Shown piece by piece: positions 40,984-50,363 of a stretch of DNA of 64,000 nt; position 1 is the stretch's first letter, and every line of letters starts with the position of its first letter. The notes beneath the pieces are model-generated. The model searched no databases and was not told the DNA's origin. It saw nothing but the letters and a program-made list of their open reading frames with translations. A program made the translations under genes and the position numbers. This stretch comes from a bacterium (GTDB lineage Bacteria; Fidelibacterota; Fidelibacteria; Fidelibacterales; Fidelibacteraceae): the NCBI GenBank assembly GCA_963676395.1, contig OY781066.1, positions 2,144,001 to 2,208,000 on the forward strand. The letters are read 5' to 3'.

Positions 40984-41001
40984 CGTACGTAAAACCGTAC
41001 G
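40984..41001. promoter_or_regulatory. Putative YefM-YoeB autorepression operator
   Basis: Two CGTACG palindromes 12 bp apart centre-to-centre, just upstream of the antitoxin start. Confidence 0.7.
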
Positions 41002-41010
41002 GAGTAATAA

Positions 41011-41253
41011 ATGAAAACAATCAATATAAGCAATGTAAGAAAAGAGCTCTATATACTTGTTGACCAGGTTAAGGAAGCTCATGAACCCGTATACATTACA
41101 GGTAAAAATAATTCGGCTGTATTAATATCTGACGAGGATTGGCGATCAATTGAGGAAACCATGTATTTGATTTCTATTCCGGGTATGAGGGAGTCAATTG
41201 TGGATAGCATGAAAGAAGACCCCAAGGACTTAGATACTGAACCGGGTTGGTAA
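41011..41253 (+). CDS. yefM: Phd/YefM family antitoxin
   Basis: LVDQV..HEPVYITGK..SAVLIS..DWRSIEETMYL..IPGMRESI. Confidence 0.93.
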   Translation: MKTINISNVRKELYILVDQVKEAHEPVYITGKNNSAVLISDEDWRSIEETMYLISIPGMRESIVDSMKEDPKDLDTEPGW

Positions 41254-41255
41254 TC

Positions 41256-41516
41256 ATGTATCAAATCGTATACTGCAAGCAAGCTCAAAAAGATGCAAAA
41301 AAAGCATCGATGGCAGGATTAAAGCTAAAGATTGTTAAATTATTGAACATTATAAAGAATGATCCATTTCAAACTCCACTGCCATATGAAAAACTGTTAG
41401 GCGATCTTAGTGGAGCATTTTCGCGTCGAATTAACATTCAGCATCGCTTGGTATACCAAGTATATGAGAAAAAGAAGATCATTAAAGTGATCAGGATGTG
41501 GACGTACTATCAATAA
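41256..41516 (+). CDS. yoeB: Txe/YoeB family toxin
   Basis: KQAQKDAKK, PYEKLLGDLSGAFSRRINIQHRLVY, RMWTYY; ATG 41256 follows antitoxin stop. Confidence 0.93.
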   Translation: MYQIVYCKQAQKDAKKASMAGLKLKIVKLLNIIKNDPFQTPLPYEKLLGDLSGAFSRRINIQHRLVYQVYEKKKIIKVIRMWTYYQ

Positions 41517-41536
41517 ATATAGTACTCATATAATAT

Positions 41537-43120
41537 TTATTTCATGTAAAGCATTTTTTTCGTAGAAATAAAGCGATCATTGACTTTTAAGGTCGCAAAA
41601 TATATCCCGGAGCTTAGCTCTTGGGCGTTAAAGTTTTGACTGTATTCACCGGCAGGTTTTAATTCATTGACAAGATTCTTGATTATTTTACCTTGAATGT
41701 CATAAATACTGATGTCAACATTTCCTTGTTCTGAGAGATAGTAATCAATTCTTGTTACAGGATTAAATGGATTGGGGTAAATATTTTCCAATCGATGTTC
41801 AATGGGGACAACGGGCTCTGTATCTGCGCCGGCGATGTCATAAGAATAACAGTAGGCATGATATATTACATCGTCGTCATTAGTGCTGCTAGATAATGCT
41901 TTATTACTTTTTATAACAAGAAGCTTATCATAACCGTCACCACAAACATCTCCAATACAATTTAGTGTCATTAATTCTATGTTAGTTATGGAAGGATAAT
42001 GCGAGGGTGGAAGGGTGAAATCGGAAGCAAATTCATCGGGAACGGATCCGTAGCAGCCTCTATATTGATAAGGATTTTTTAGGACAATTACCCAATCGTT
42101 GAGTCCATCTCCGTTTATATCTCCAAGAACTTGATCTTTCATGTCAATATTCCCATAAGTATATTTCGGGATGGTATCAAATAAATCATAAATACCCACT
42201 TTTGATTTTTCGACATACCCAAAATTCAAATAGGCAAAAAGTTGTTTGCTGGATACGTCATAAGTGATTACACCCAGTGTGTCGGCGTATAGCAGGGTAT
42301 CAAAATTGTTAGCAATAGTGCTTGGATCGTTTGATCCCATATATCGGTAGATTACATTATGGTCAACAGCTTCATAAACACTGAAAAAATCATCAAATCC
42401 ATCATCATTGATATCGCCCATTGATGAATATGATTCTCCCCAACAAAAATATATATTGCTGGTATCATGATTAACAAATGGGGGAGGATAAAGGATGATA
42501 TCGGCGATTGTTGAGATATTATCATCTCCTAAAAATATATATTGTTTTGCACTGTCTGCTCCATAATACACATAGGTCTTATCGTAAGATAAACCACAAT
42601 ATATATCACTTTTGCCATCTCCATTAATATCACCAATGGTTCCAATGGGGCTAAAATTAACTCTGGTTGAGTACGCAAAGATGCTACAGGTATCATCGGG
42701 AATAAAATCAAATTGTGGACCTCCATGTAAAACATACAAAAGTGGTGTGGAAGTAATATATTTATTATCAATAATAACTTCCAAGTAGGCCATGTCCTCA
42801 TATCCATCACCGTTTACGTCACCAATATATCCAGCGTCATGAGCAAAAAGTCTATGATCGGGTGTAAAATCAATGGGGTTACCGCCAAAAAATAACCATA
42901 CCGAATCTTTAGTATAAAAAACATTTTCATCATGAAATACATAAGCCCAATCGTCGTATCCATCGGCATTTATGTCCCCGAGTTGCCTAATGGACATGAT
43001 CTCTCGTTCTCCCATGGGCGTTTGAAATTCATAATCAAATATGCATTCAAGGGTGTCGTGGGCAAATAGTGGTATTGCAAATAGTGGTAAAACAAACAGA
43101 AATATTTTTTTACATTTCAT
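41537..43120 (-). CDS. Secreted FG-GAP/VCBS-repeat protein with T9SS-type C-terminal domain
   Basis: Repeated GDINxDGYDD motifs; IYPNPFNP...KKMLYMK; signal peptide. Confidence 0.88.
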   Translation of the reverse strand: MKCKKIFLFVLPLFAIPLFAHDTLECIFDYEFQTPMGEREIMSIRQLGDINADGYDDWAYVFHDENVFYTKDSVWLFFGGNPIDFTPDHRLFAHDAGYIGDVNGDGYEDMAYLEVIIDNKYITSTPLLYVLHGGPQFDFIPDDTCSIFAYSTRVNFSPIGTIGDINGDGKSDIYCGLSYDKTYVYYGADSAKQYIFLGDDNISTIADIILYPPPFVNHDTSNIYFCWGESYSSMGDINDDGFDDFFSVYEAVDHNVIYRYMGSNDPSTIANNFDTLLYADTLGVITYDVSSKQLFAYLNFGYVEKSKVGIYDLFDTIPKYTYGNIDMKDQVLGDINGDGLNDWVIVLKNPYQYRGCYGSVPDEFASDFTLPPSHYPSITNIELMTLNCIGDVCGDGYDKLLVIKSNKALSSSTNDDDVIYHAYCYSYDIAGADTEPVVPIEHRLENIYPNPFNPVTRIDYYLSEQGNVDISIYDIQGKIIKNLVNELKPAGEYSQNFNAQELSSGIYFATLKVNDRFISTKKMLYMK

Positions 43121-43131
43121 TGAATATTCTC

Positions 43132-43877
43132 CTACTTTAAATATGTATACCTGAAGGTATCACGGTATTTTCAAGAGTATAATTTCCATATTTTATCGGA
43201 ATGATTGTATCGTCACCTCTTAGTAAGATGTATGTACATCCACATTCATAAGCATCTTGTATATACTGTCTAAGTGCTCCGGCGTCGTCTTCGATAAACG
43301 ATGCAAGATCAATGCTATAAGAGTTTAGTACACTTTCAATGGAAGTGATACCTATGTTAATTCCTTTTCGTTTTTTCCACTCAATAAAATTATCAAAAGT
43401 TTGAATTAATGAATTAGCAGTGATAATTATATATTCGTAGTCAAATGAAGGAGTAAGGTTATTTTTTTTATCTAATGGGCTAAGTGGTTTTATTTGATAT
43501 TGATCTATATCCTCGGAATTTTCTACAATTGATTTAAGTGCCTCATCATATACATATTGCATATTTTCACTTCGTTGAAGAATTGGATTGTGTTTGCTTG
43601 TTGCTAGATCAGTGAATAACTCAAAGCTAATATTCTCGTTTAAACAATAAATTTCATTTTCTGAAATGATGTAGTATTTTGTAATAATCGGTAGTCTTGG
43701 CTCACTGATATTTGAGGATGTCGGGAAATCTTTATAATTAATTGTCTGATAGTTACTGTTCTCTTTAGCCGTAAAAATTTCTGATATCTGTAGGTATTCT
43801 GAGCGAAATTCGACATTTTTGTTCATATTGGCAAAGCAGACAGCAACAAGTGTAAAAAGAAATATCGCCTTTTTCAT
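43132..43877 (-). pseudogene. Internally deleted C25 (gingipain-like) peptidase
   Basis: Signal peptide, shortened propeptide (EPRLP), YEYIIIT..EWKKRKG..YILLRGD..IPS then stop; no catalytic His/Cys; out-of-frame TYLK* relic. Confidence 0.75.
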
Positions 43878-44065
43878 TTCACAACCTTACTATTATGTTA
43901 TAATATAAAAAATAAAAAACATAAAAATAAAAGTCAATAACAAAATAGGCTGTATGATTTTTAAAGAATATCAATATACCGAATTGCTAAGAAAACAATT
44001 TTATTTTCGGGGGAGATTAAATATCTTTAGATGTTAACGATATCTATCTAAAGAAGGAATCTAAT

Positions 44066-44380
44066 ATGCTACCCAAAGGAAATATGCAACAGCTGATGAA
44101 ACAAGCTCAGCAAATGCAAAAGAAGATGGAAGAAGCACAAAAAGAGCTGGAAGCTAAGGAAGTTACCGGAACAGCCGGTGGTGGAATGGTAACAGTCGTT
44201 GCAACAGGAAAAAAGACACTAAAATCAATTAAAATTGAGCCTGAAATTCTCAAAGAAGATCCCGAAATGGTCGAAGATATGATCGTTGCGGCCGTTAATC
44301 AGGCAATGCAACAAGTGGATGAACTAACTCAGGATACTTTAGGCGGAATTACGGGCGGAATGAATATCCCCGGATTCTAA
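44066..44380 (+). CDS. ybaB: YbaB/EbfC nucleoid-associated protein
   Basis: MKQAQQMQ, GTAGGGMV, EDMIVAAVN; upstream of recR. Confidence 0.96.
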   Translation: MLPKGNMQQLMKQAQQMQKKMEEAQKELEAKEVTGTAGGGMVTVVATGKKTLKSIKIEPEILKEDPEMVEDMIVAAVNQAMQQVDELTQDTLGGITGGMNIPGF

Positions 44381-44389
44381 GAGGTTTAC

Positions 44390-44992
44390 ATGGCCGGAAT
44401 CCCCGATGTAATTTTAGAAGTTGAGAAGCTTATCTCAAAATTTCCCGGCATAGGGAGAAAATCTGCTCGTAGAATTGCTTTTTATTTATTGGATAAAGAC
44501 CGTGAAGATGTGCTTAAAGTTGCCACTGCGATGGTTGATCTAAAAGATAAGATAGAGCATTGTACAGTTTGCAACCATATTACTGAGCATTCACCTTGCG
44601 ATATATGTGCAAATACAAAACGCGACAATAGTTTACTCTGTATTGTTGAAGATAGTATGGATGTGATTGCTTTGGAAAAATCAGTCTCTTTTAAGGGAAA
44701 GTATCATGTTTTAGGTGGCCTTATATCGCCGTTGGATGGTGTTGGACCCGATGACTTGGCTTTTGATAGTCTTCTTAAACGACTGGATGAAGTAAAGGAA
44801 ATTATTCTAGCCATCAATCCATCTGTTGAGGGAGATACCACGTCATTTTATTTAACGCGCTTATTAAAAGAAAAAGGCATTAAAATTACCCGACTGGCTC
44901 GTGGAATCCCAATAGGTGGTGATTTGGAGTATACTGATGAAGCGACGATTGCCAGAGCGCTTGAGGGAAGAATAGAAATACCCAATGAATAA
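44390..44992 (+). CDS. recR: Recombination mediator RecR
   Basis: PGIGRKSARR, C4 zinc finger, YHVLGGLISPLDG, VEGDTT. Confidence 0.98.
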   Translation: MAGIPDVILEVEKLISKFPGIGRKSARRIAFYLLDKDREDVLKVATAMVDLKDKIEHCTVCNHITEHSPCDICANTKRDNSLLCIVEDSMDVIALEKSVSFKGKYHVLGGLISPLDGVGPDDLAFDSLLKRLDEVKEIILAINPSVEGDTTSFYLTRLLKEKGIKITRLARGIPIGGDLEYTDEATIARALEGRIEIPNE

Positions 44993-45081
44993 CGAACAAG
45001 TAAAAAGAATATTCGATATTTGTGGATTTCGAAAATCACGTATCAGTGTTTCTTGTTTGGATAATATTTGAAAGATACATT

Positions 45082-45687
45082 ATGAATAAAGACATACTAA
45101 AACTCCCAAATATATTATCTTTACTTCGTATTATTATGGCACTGGTGTTGTACATGTTGTACATGAGAGATTTTGTACATCCCGATTTTATTGGTCCCTT
45201 GCCTCTTTTTCTCATTTATGTTGCGATCGCTATAACAGATTATATTGATGGGATTATTGCACGAAAATTTAATATGATCACAGAGCTTGGCAAAGAGCTG
45301 GATCCAATGGCTGATAAAGTCTTGGTATTTTTAATGCTTTTTGCATTTTTTAGAATAGGTTTGTTACCTTGGTGGACGATCTTACCGGTATTTGCCCGCG
45401 ATATTTTTGTCAATCAGCTTCGTAAACGCTCAAAACAATATGAGATCACATTTAAAACCTCCTATATTGCCAAAGCCAAAACAGCGATTCAAATGATCTT
45501 TATCGGTTTTGTTTTAGCTCTCCCGGCTGTGATGAGTTGGAATATTCCGATGGGGTTGTATGAATTTTTAGCAGATTTGATCAGCGGTAATGCTATCATT
45601 ATTATTATGTCGGTGATCATGGTATTTACGGTTTATACCGGAGTGGATTATTGGACGAAGTATAGGCAAGCTTTGAAAGATTCCTAG
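45082..45687 (+). CDS. pgsA: CDP-diacylglycerol-glycerol-3-phosphate 3-phosphatidyltransferase
   Basis: PNILSLLR, TDYIDGIIAR, GKELDPMADK, AKAKT; next to pgpA-cinA; start taken at ATG 45082. Confidence 0.85.
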   Translation: MNKDILKLPNILSLLRIIMALVLYMLYMRDFVHPDFIGPLPLFLIYVAIAITDYIDGIIARKFNMITELGKELDPMADKVLVFLMLFAFFRIGLLPWWTILPVFARDIFVNQLRKRSKQYEITFKTSYIAKAKTAIQMIFIGFVLALPAVMSWNIPMGLYEFLADLISGNAIIIIMSVIMVFTVYTGVDYWTKYRQALKDS

Positions 45688-45705
45688 AAATTAATACGTA
45701 AGATT

Positions 45706-45735
45706 TGTTGAGACGCAAAATATCGCATTTCTACA
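45706..45735. repeat. Degenerate REP-like palindrome
   Basis: tgttgagacgcaaaatatcgcatttctaca, same family as 6546 and 20104. Confidence 0.65.
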
Positions 45736-45762
45736 GGTCCTGATAATAATATTGGACAAATA

Positions 45763-46245
45763 ATGATGTCTCATTCTCAAAAACTACAGAAAATATCAAA
45801 ATTCATTGTTTCACTTTGTGGTATCGGTTATTTCCCCGGATTTCCGGGCACCATTGCATCTTTAGTTATTGCTGTGGGCGCATTTGCTTTAACATCTTAT
45901 ATAGAGATCAATTGGTTGATTGATGTGGAGATGTTTTTATTGTTCTTGCTTTTGGGTTTGATTCCGGGGGCGCAATTGGTAAAAAATCAGAATATAAAAG
46001 ATCCCTCTTGGTTTGTAATGGATGAAGCTGCAGGTATGTGGTTATCTATGCTTTTTTTACCCAAGGATAATATTTGGGTCGTTATCGTCGCATTTGCTAT
46101 GTTTCGTGTGTTTGATATTTGGAAACCTTGGCTGATTCGTAAAGCGGAAAAGGTTCCGGGTGCTACAGGCATCATGTTAGATGATGTTGTGGCTGGAATA
46201 GCGAGCTGGGTTATAAGCTTTATTGTATGGAAAACATTAATGTAA
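45763..46245 (+). CDS. pgpA: Phosphatidylglycerophosphatase A
   Basis: PGTIAS, DPSWFVMDEAAG, FRVFDIWKP, GIMLDDVVAG. Confidence 0.95.
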   Translation: MMSHSQKLQKISKFIVSLCGIGYFPGFPGTIASLVIAVGAFALTSYIEINWLIDVEMFLLFLLLGLIPGAQLVKNQNIKDPSWFVMDEAAGMWLSMLFLPKDNIWVVIVAFAMFRVFDIWKPWLIRKAEKVPGATGIMLDDVVAGIASWVISFIVWKTLM

Positions 46246-46249
46246 TAAT

Positions 46250-46277
46250 AAAGGGGCACGATTTATCGCGGCTTTAC
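46250..46277. repeat. Degenerate REP-like palindrome
   Basis: aaaggggcacgat-tt-atcgcggctttac. Confidence 0.55.
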
Positions 46278-46284
46278 CATAAGT

Positions 46285-47520
46285 ATGAGTAACAATAAAC
46301 AAAAATTTGCTATTATTATTAATATCGGTGATGAATTGCTTGCCGGGCATACCGTAAATACAAATGCCACATGGATGAGCTTAGAGTTACAAAATATTGG
46401 TGTGAAAGTTCTTCGCCATAGTGTAATTGCTGATGAGAAAGAGGCTATTGAGTCTGCCTTGGATAGTGTGGAGCATAATATTTCTTATGTCTTTATTACA
46501 GGAGGCTTGGGACCAACCGAAGATGATAGAACCAAAGCCGTAATTACAAGCTATTTTGGGGGTGATTTGGTTTTTTCGGATGACGTTTACAAAGAGGTGT
46601 TAGAGTTCTTTAAAAAACGAGGGAGAACACCCTCGGGGAGCAATCGTTCTCAGGCAATTATACCTACAAATGCTAAACGCATTGTTAATGTAATGGGGAC
46701 AGCCAGCGGTATGATTTTTGATAAAGATGAAACGAAATATTTTGTTATGCCCGGTGTACCCTATGAAATGAAAAGTATGATGAGCAGAGACATTCTTCCC
46801 ATGTTAGCCACAAAGAATAGGCTTTTGGAGCATGAATTACAGATAAATACTTTTGCTTTACCTGAATCTGAAATTGCCGATAGAATTGCGAATGAATTAT
46901 CTGACGAGCTTTTTAATATAAAAATCGGTTATTATCCATCTGTTAAAGGAATTACTATCCGGTTATTGGCGCGTGATAGCATTCTTGTTAAGAGAGTACA
47001 AGCTAAAATTGTGGATATGTTTGGTAAGCATGTGTTTTCTTTAAAAGGTGAAGCTTTGGAAGAAGTTTTTGTCAGGCAGTGTATTGAGCGAAATCTTAGT
47101 ATTTCGTGCGCCGAATCCTGCACAGGTGGTCGTATAAGTGACATGATCACATCGGTTGCAGGTTCTTCTATGGTTTTGAATGAAGCTTATATTACCTATA
47201 GCAATGAAGCAAAGCAAAGATTGCTTGAAGTTCCTTCTGAAATATTAGATGAGTATGGTGCCGTAAGTACAAATACCGTAAGCGCAATGTTAGAAGGTTT
47301 GTACAAGCGAACACAAGCAGATATTTGTTTGGCGGCAAGCGGTATAGCGGGACCTGACGGAGGGACAGAGGAAAAGCCCGTGGGACTTGTTTATATTGGG
47401 GTAAGATATAGAAATATTGTAAAAGTTAAAAAGTTGACTTATGATAGAGGGCGAGATAAGAATAAAGAATATGCAGCCAGAGCCGTTTTGAATTTAGCGA
47501 GATTAATGCTGATAGAATAG
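46285..47520 (+). CDS. cinA: CinA (NMN deamidase PncC plus MoCF-like domain)
   Basis: IGDELLAG, TGGLGPTEDDRT, PGVPYEM, AESCTGG, GIAGPDGG. Confidence 0.96.
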   Translation: MSNNKQKFAIIINIGDELLAGHTVNTNATWMSLELQNIGVKVLRHSVIADEKEAIESALDSVEHNISYVFITGGLGPTEDDRTKAVITSYFGGDLVFSDDVYKEVLEFFKKRGRTPSGSNRSQAIIPTNAKRIVNVMGTASGMIFDKDETKYFVMPGVPYEMKSMMSRDILPMLATKNRLLEHELQINTFALPESEIADRIANELSDELFNIKIGYYPSVKGITIRLLARDSILVKRVQAKIVDMFGKHVFSLKGEALEEVFVRQCIERNLSISCAESCTGGRISDMITSVAGSSMVLNEAYITYSNEAKQRLLEVPSEILDEYGAVSTNTVSAMLEGLYKRTQADICLAASGIAGPDGGTEEKPVGLVYIGVRYRNIVKVKKLTYDRGRDKNKEYAARAVLNLARLMLIE

Positions 47521-47529
47521 GAGTATCCC

Positions 47530-48090
47530 ATGTCCGATAAACGATTATTTATAGCTCTTCCACTCCCAAAGGATATTAAAGAAAAATTAGCTGGGGTTCA
47601 GCAATTACTTGAGCCGATTTCTGAAGGAGTTAAATGGGTAGAGGAAGATAATTTACACATTACTTTGAAATTCTTGGGCGAAACTCCTGAGAGAATGATG
47701 GATGAGGTCATTGATGAATTTGATCGTATATGTGAAAATATTGAACCCTTTGAGCTGCAGATAAAGGATTTAGGACAATTTCCCAAGGACGGAGATCCTA
47801 AAATTCTTTGGGCAGGTTTGCAGAAAGTACCACCTGTTGTTTATCGATTATCTGACGAGTTTAATACCGGATATTTATCTATGGGTTTTGATAATTCAGG
47901 CAAGAAATTTGCTCCTCATATTTCTTTAGCCAGAACAAAATCAAAATTACATGAAGAGCTTATTCCTTCATATTATGATATCCAGCTTGAGGCCAGTGTT
48001 TTTAAGGTTGATAAAATTGTATTGTATGAGTCAACTCATAAACGCGGTGCTTTAAAATACACGCCCGTAAAAGAATATTTATTGAAATAA
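47530..48090 (+). CDS. thpR: RNA 2',3'-cyclic phosphodiesterase (2H family)
   Basis: RLFIAL, HITLKFLG, PHISLAR. Confidence 0.93.
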   Translation: MSDKRLFIALPLPKDIKEKLAGVQQLLEPISEGVKWVEEDNLHITLKFLGETPERMMDEVIDEFDRICENIEPFELQIKDLGQFPKDGDPKILWAGLQKVPPVVYRLSDEFNTGYLSMGFDNSGKKFAPHISLARTKSKLHEELIPSYYDIQLEASVFKVDKIVLYESTHKRGALKYTPVKEYLLK

Positions 48091-48509
48091 GATAAGATTA
48101 AGATAATTTTTTAGAGAGACTGTCGCAAAACTATGTGACACTCATTTGACTACTTATGAAATAATAATTTGAAGCTAATTATGGTTTAAGCCATATGCAG
48201 TATAATTAATAAAACATAATAATGAATGGATATAAAAAGTAGTTGTACCGATGGTGTGGGATGCGTCCCCTAAAATATATTTTAGCGATAACAAAGGGAT
48301 ACGAGCTTTGAACTGAAAAATTAGTCTTAGTAAGATTAATTAATATATAAATTGCTGTGTTTCTTATATTAATTCTTTGCCTATCGTAAATTATATAGTA
48401 GGTTTAGCTTGGTATAAGGATATACGACTTTAACTAGCTTAGGAATGAAAACAATTTATAGACTTGTAATGCTATATTGCAAATAAATACACACATTTTG
48501 GAGGGTATT

Positions 48510-49829
48510 ATGTTAGATCAGAAAAGGTCTATTTGGTCATGGGCTATGTATGACTGGGCAAACTCGGCGTTTGCCACCACTGTAATGGCGGGCTTTTTTC
48601 CGGTATTTTTTGGGGCATACTGGAGCTCGGGTGTTTCAAATGTAGACACAACCGCCAGATTGGGTTTTGCCAATTCAATTGCATCTATCGTTGTTGCTTT
48701 GCTTGCTCCCTTTTTAGGCGCTATTGCAGATAAAGGAACAGCAAAAAAGAAATTCTTGTTTACATTTGCCTTTATTGGTGTGATCATGACAGCTGCTTTG
48801 TTTATGGTTAAAGAAGGACAATGGCAAATGGCGGCATTCTTTTATGTCATCGCTACCATTGGTTTTTCCGGTGGTAATATCTTTTATGATTCACTGTTAC
48901 CCGGTGTTGCTTCCGAAAAGAAAGTTGATCATGTTTCGTCATTAGGATTTGCAATGGGTTATATTGGTGGGGGACTATTGTTCCTTGTTAACGTAATTAT
49001 GTATTTAAAACCCGAATTATTCGGCATTGCAGACGGAAGTACGGCGATAAGAATTTCCTTCTTGTCCGTCGCTATTTGGTGGGCTGTATTTTCAATCCCT
49101 GTTTTTCTATGGGTAAAAGAACCTGAATTTCAAGAAGAAAAATTAAGTATTGGCGCCTCAGTTAAAGCCGGTTGGAATCAATTTATCGGCACGTTTAAAG
49201 AAATTCGTCACTTAAAAGTTGTTGGTATGTTTCTTTTAGCCTACTGGTTTTATATTGACGGTGTAGATACCATTATTCGTATGGCAATTTCAATTGGTAC
49301 AGCTCTTGATTTCCCTGCGGCATCACTGATCGTTGCCTTGCTTATTGTACAGTTTGTAGCCTTTGGCGGATCATTGCTTTATAGTATACTTGCAAGAAAG
49401 ATTGGTGCAAAACAATCCCTATATATCGGTATTGCCGGGTACGCCATCATTACGCTTGTCGGGTTTTTTATGAATCAAGTTTGGCATTTTTATGCGCTTG
49501 CCGTTGCTATCGGTTTATTCCAGGGTGGTATACAAGCCATTTCCCGTTCGTTGTACTCAAGAATTATTCCCGAAAATAAATCCGCAGAATTTTTTGGCTT
49601 CTTTAATCTACTTGGAAAATTTGCAGCGGTGATCGGTCCAAGTTTGATGGGGGTAATTGCTTTGCTTACAAGAAATGCCCAGGATGTTAGTATTGGCGGC
49701 ACGACGCTTGAAAATATGGGTATCAGATATGGCGTTCTATCGATTTTAGCATTATTTATTATTGGTTTCTTCTTGTTGAGGAAAGTCGATATTGAAGAAG
49801 GTAAAAAACAGGTAGAATATCTGAAATAA
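48510..49829 (+). CDS. MFS transporter (ATG22/UMF1-like)
   Basis: WAMYDWANSAF, FYDSLL, DGVDT, QAISRS, EFFGFF; start at ATG 48510 after GGAGG. Confidence 0.9.
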   Translation: MLDQKRSIWSWAMYDWANSAFATTVMAGFFPVFFGAYWSSGVSNVDTTARLGFANSIASIVVALLAPFLGAIADKGTAKKKFLFTFAFIGVIMTAALFMVKEGQWQMAAFFYVIATIGFSGGNIFYDSLLPGVASEKKVDHVSSLGFAMGYIGGGLLFLVNVIMYLKPELFGIADGSTAIRISFLSVAIWWAVFSIPVFLWVKEPEFQEEKLSIGASVKAGWNQFIGTFKEIRHLKVVGMFLLAYWFYIDGVDTIIRMAISIGTALDFPAASLIVALLIVQFVAFGGSLLYSILARKIGAKQSLYIGIAGYAIITLVGFFMNQVWHFYALAVAIGLFQGGIQAISRSLYSRIIPENKSAEFFGFFNLLGKFAAVIGPSLMGVIALLTRNAQDVSIGGTTLENMGIRYGVLSILALFIIGFFLLRKVDIEEGKKQVEYLK

Positions 49830-49871
49830 TATGTAAAACGTCGTAACGCGTAATTCGTGATTCGATAAATT

Positions 49872-49901
49872 AAGCCTCGGTGTAGATATCGGGGCTTTTT
49901 T
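49872..49901 (+). terminator. Intrinsic terminator after MFS gene
   Basis: aagcctcgg...tcggggctttttt. Confidence 0.7.
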
Positions 49902-50115
49902 AATAAAACATATAAAATTACAAATTGAGAGTCGGGAGGATCGGGTTTTATGAGTGAAAGTTATGTTAAGGCAAATGTATTGTTTTGAGCATGTATTAAA
50001 GAACAATGGGGATGCTCAAAGGTTTGAGATTGATATTGATCCGGAATTTTACAGCCTTCAACGTTTCAATGATTGGATGTTGATGAATTTGCAACGTTCA
50101 TCATATAAAAATCAA

Positions 50116-50144
50116 TTGTATTATTTTATGAAATTCGGTATAAT
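50116..50144 (+). promoter_or_regulatory. sigma70 promoter of tRNA-Arg
   Basis: TTGTAT-N17-TATAAT, 14 nt before the tRNA. Confidence 0.75.
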
Positions 50145-50158
50145 AGCGACTGTTTATT

Positions 50159-50232
50159 GCCCCTGTAGCTCAGACGGATAGAGCGCAGGTTTCCTAAACC
50201 TGAGGTCGCCCGTTCGAATCGGGCCGGGGGTA
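50159..50232 (+). tRNA. tRNA-Arg(CCT)
   Basis: GCCCCTG/CGGGGGT acceptor, CAGGT-TTCCTAA-ACCTG anticodon arm, GCCCG-TTCGAAT-CGGGC T arm. Confidence 0.97.
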
Positions 50233-50293
50233 CGAAAAAGCCCATAAAGGCAAAAGTAAATAGTTATTAAATAGGGAATTCGGAGTAAAAGGA

Positions 50294-50328
50294 GTATAGA
50301 CGTGATGTTTGCGTCTTGCGAGTCTACA
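50294..50328. repeat. Degenerate REP-like palindrome
   Basis: gtatagacgtgatgtttgcgtct resembles the reverse complement of the 6546 copy. Confidence 0.55.
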
Positions 50329-50363
50329 CCGAATAGACCATGAAAGAATTAAAAGGAAGGTAT

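Noticed and set aside
48240..48320. Small palindromes upstream of the MFS gene as a possible riboswitch
   Set aside because: No match to any aptamer consensus I can recognise; needs an Rfam scan
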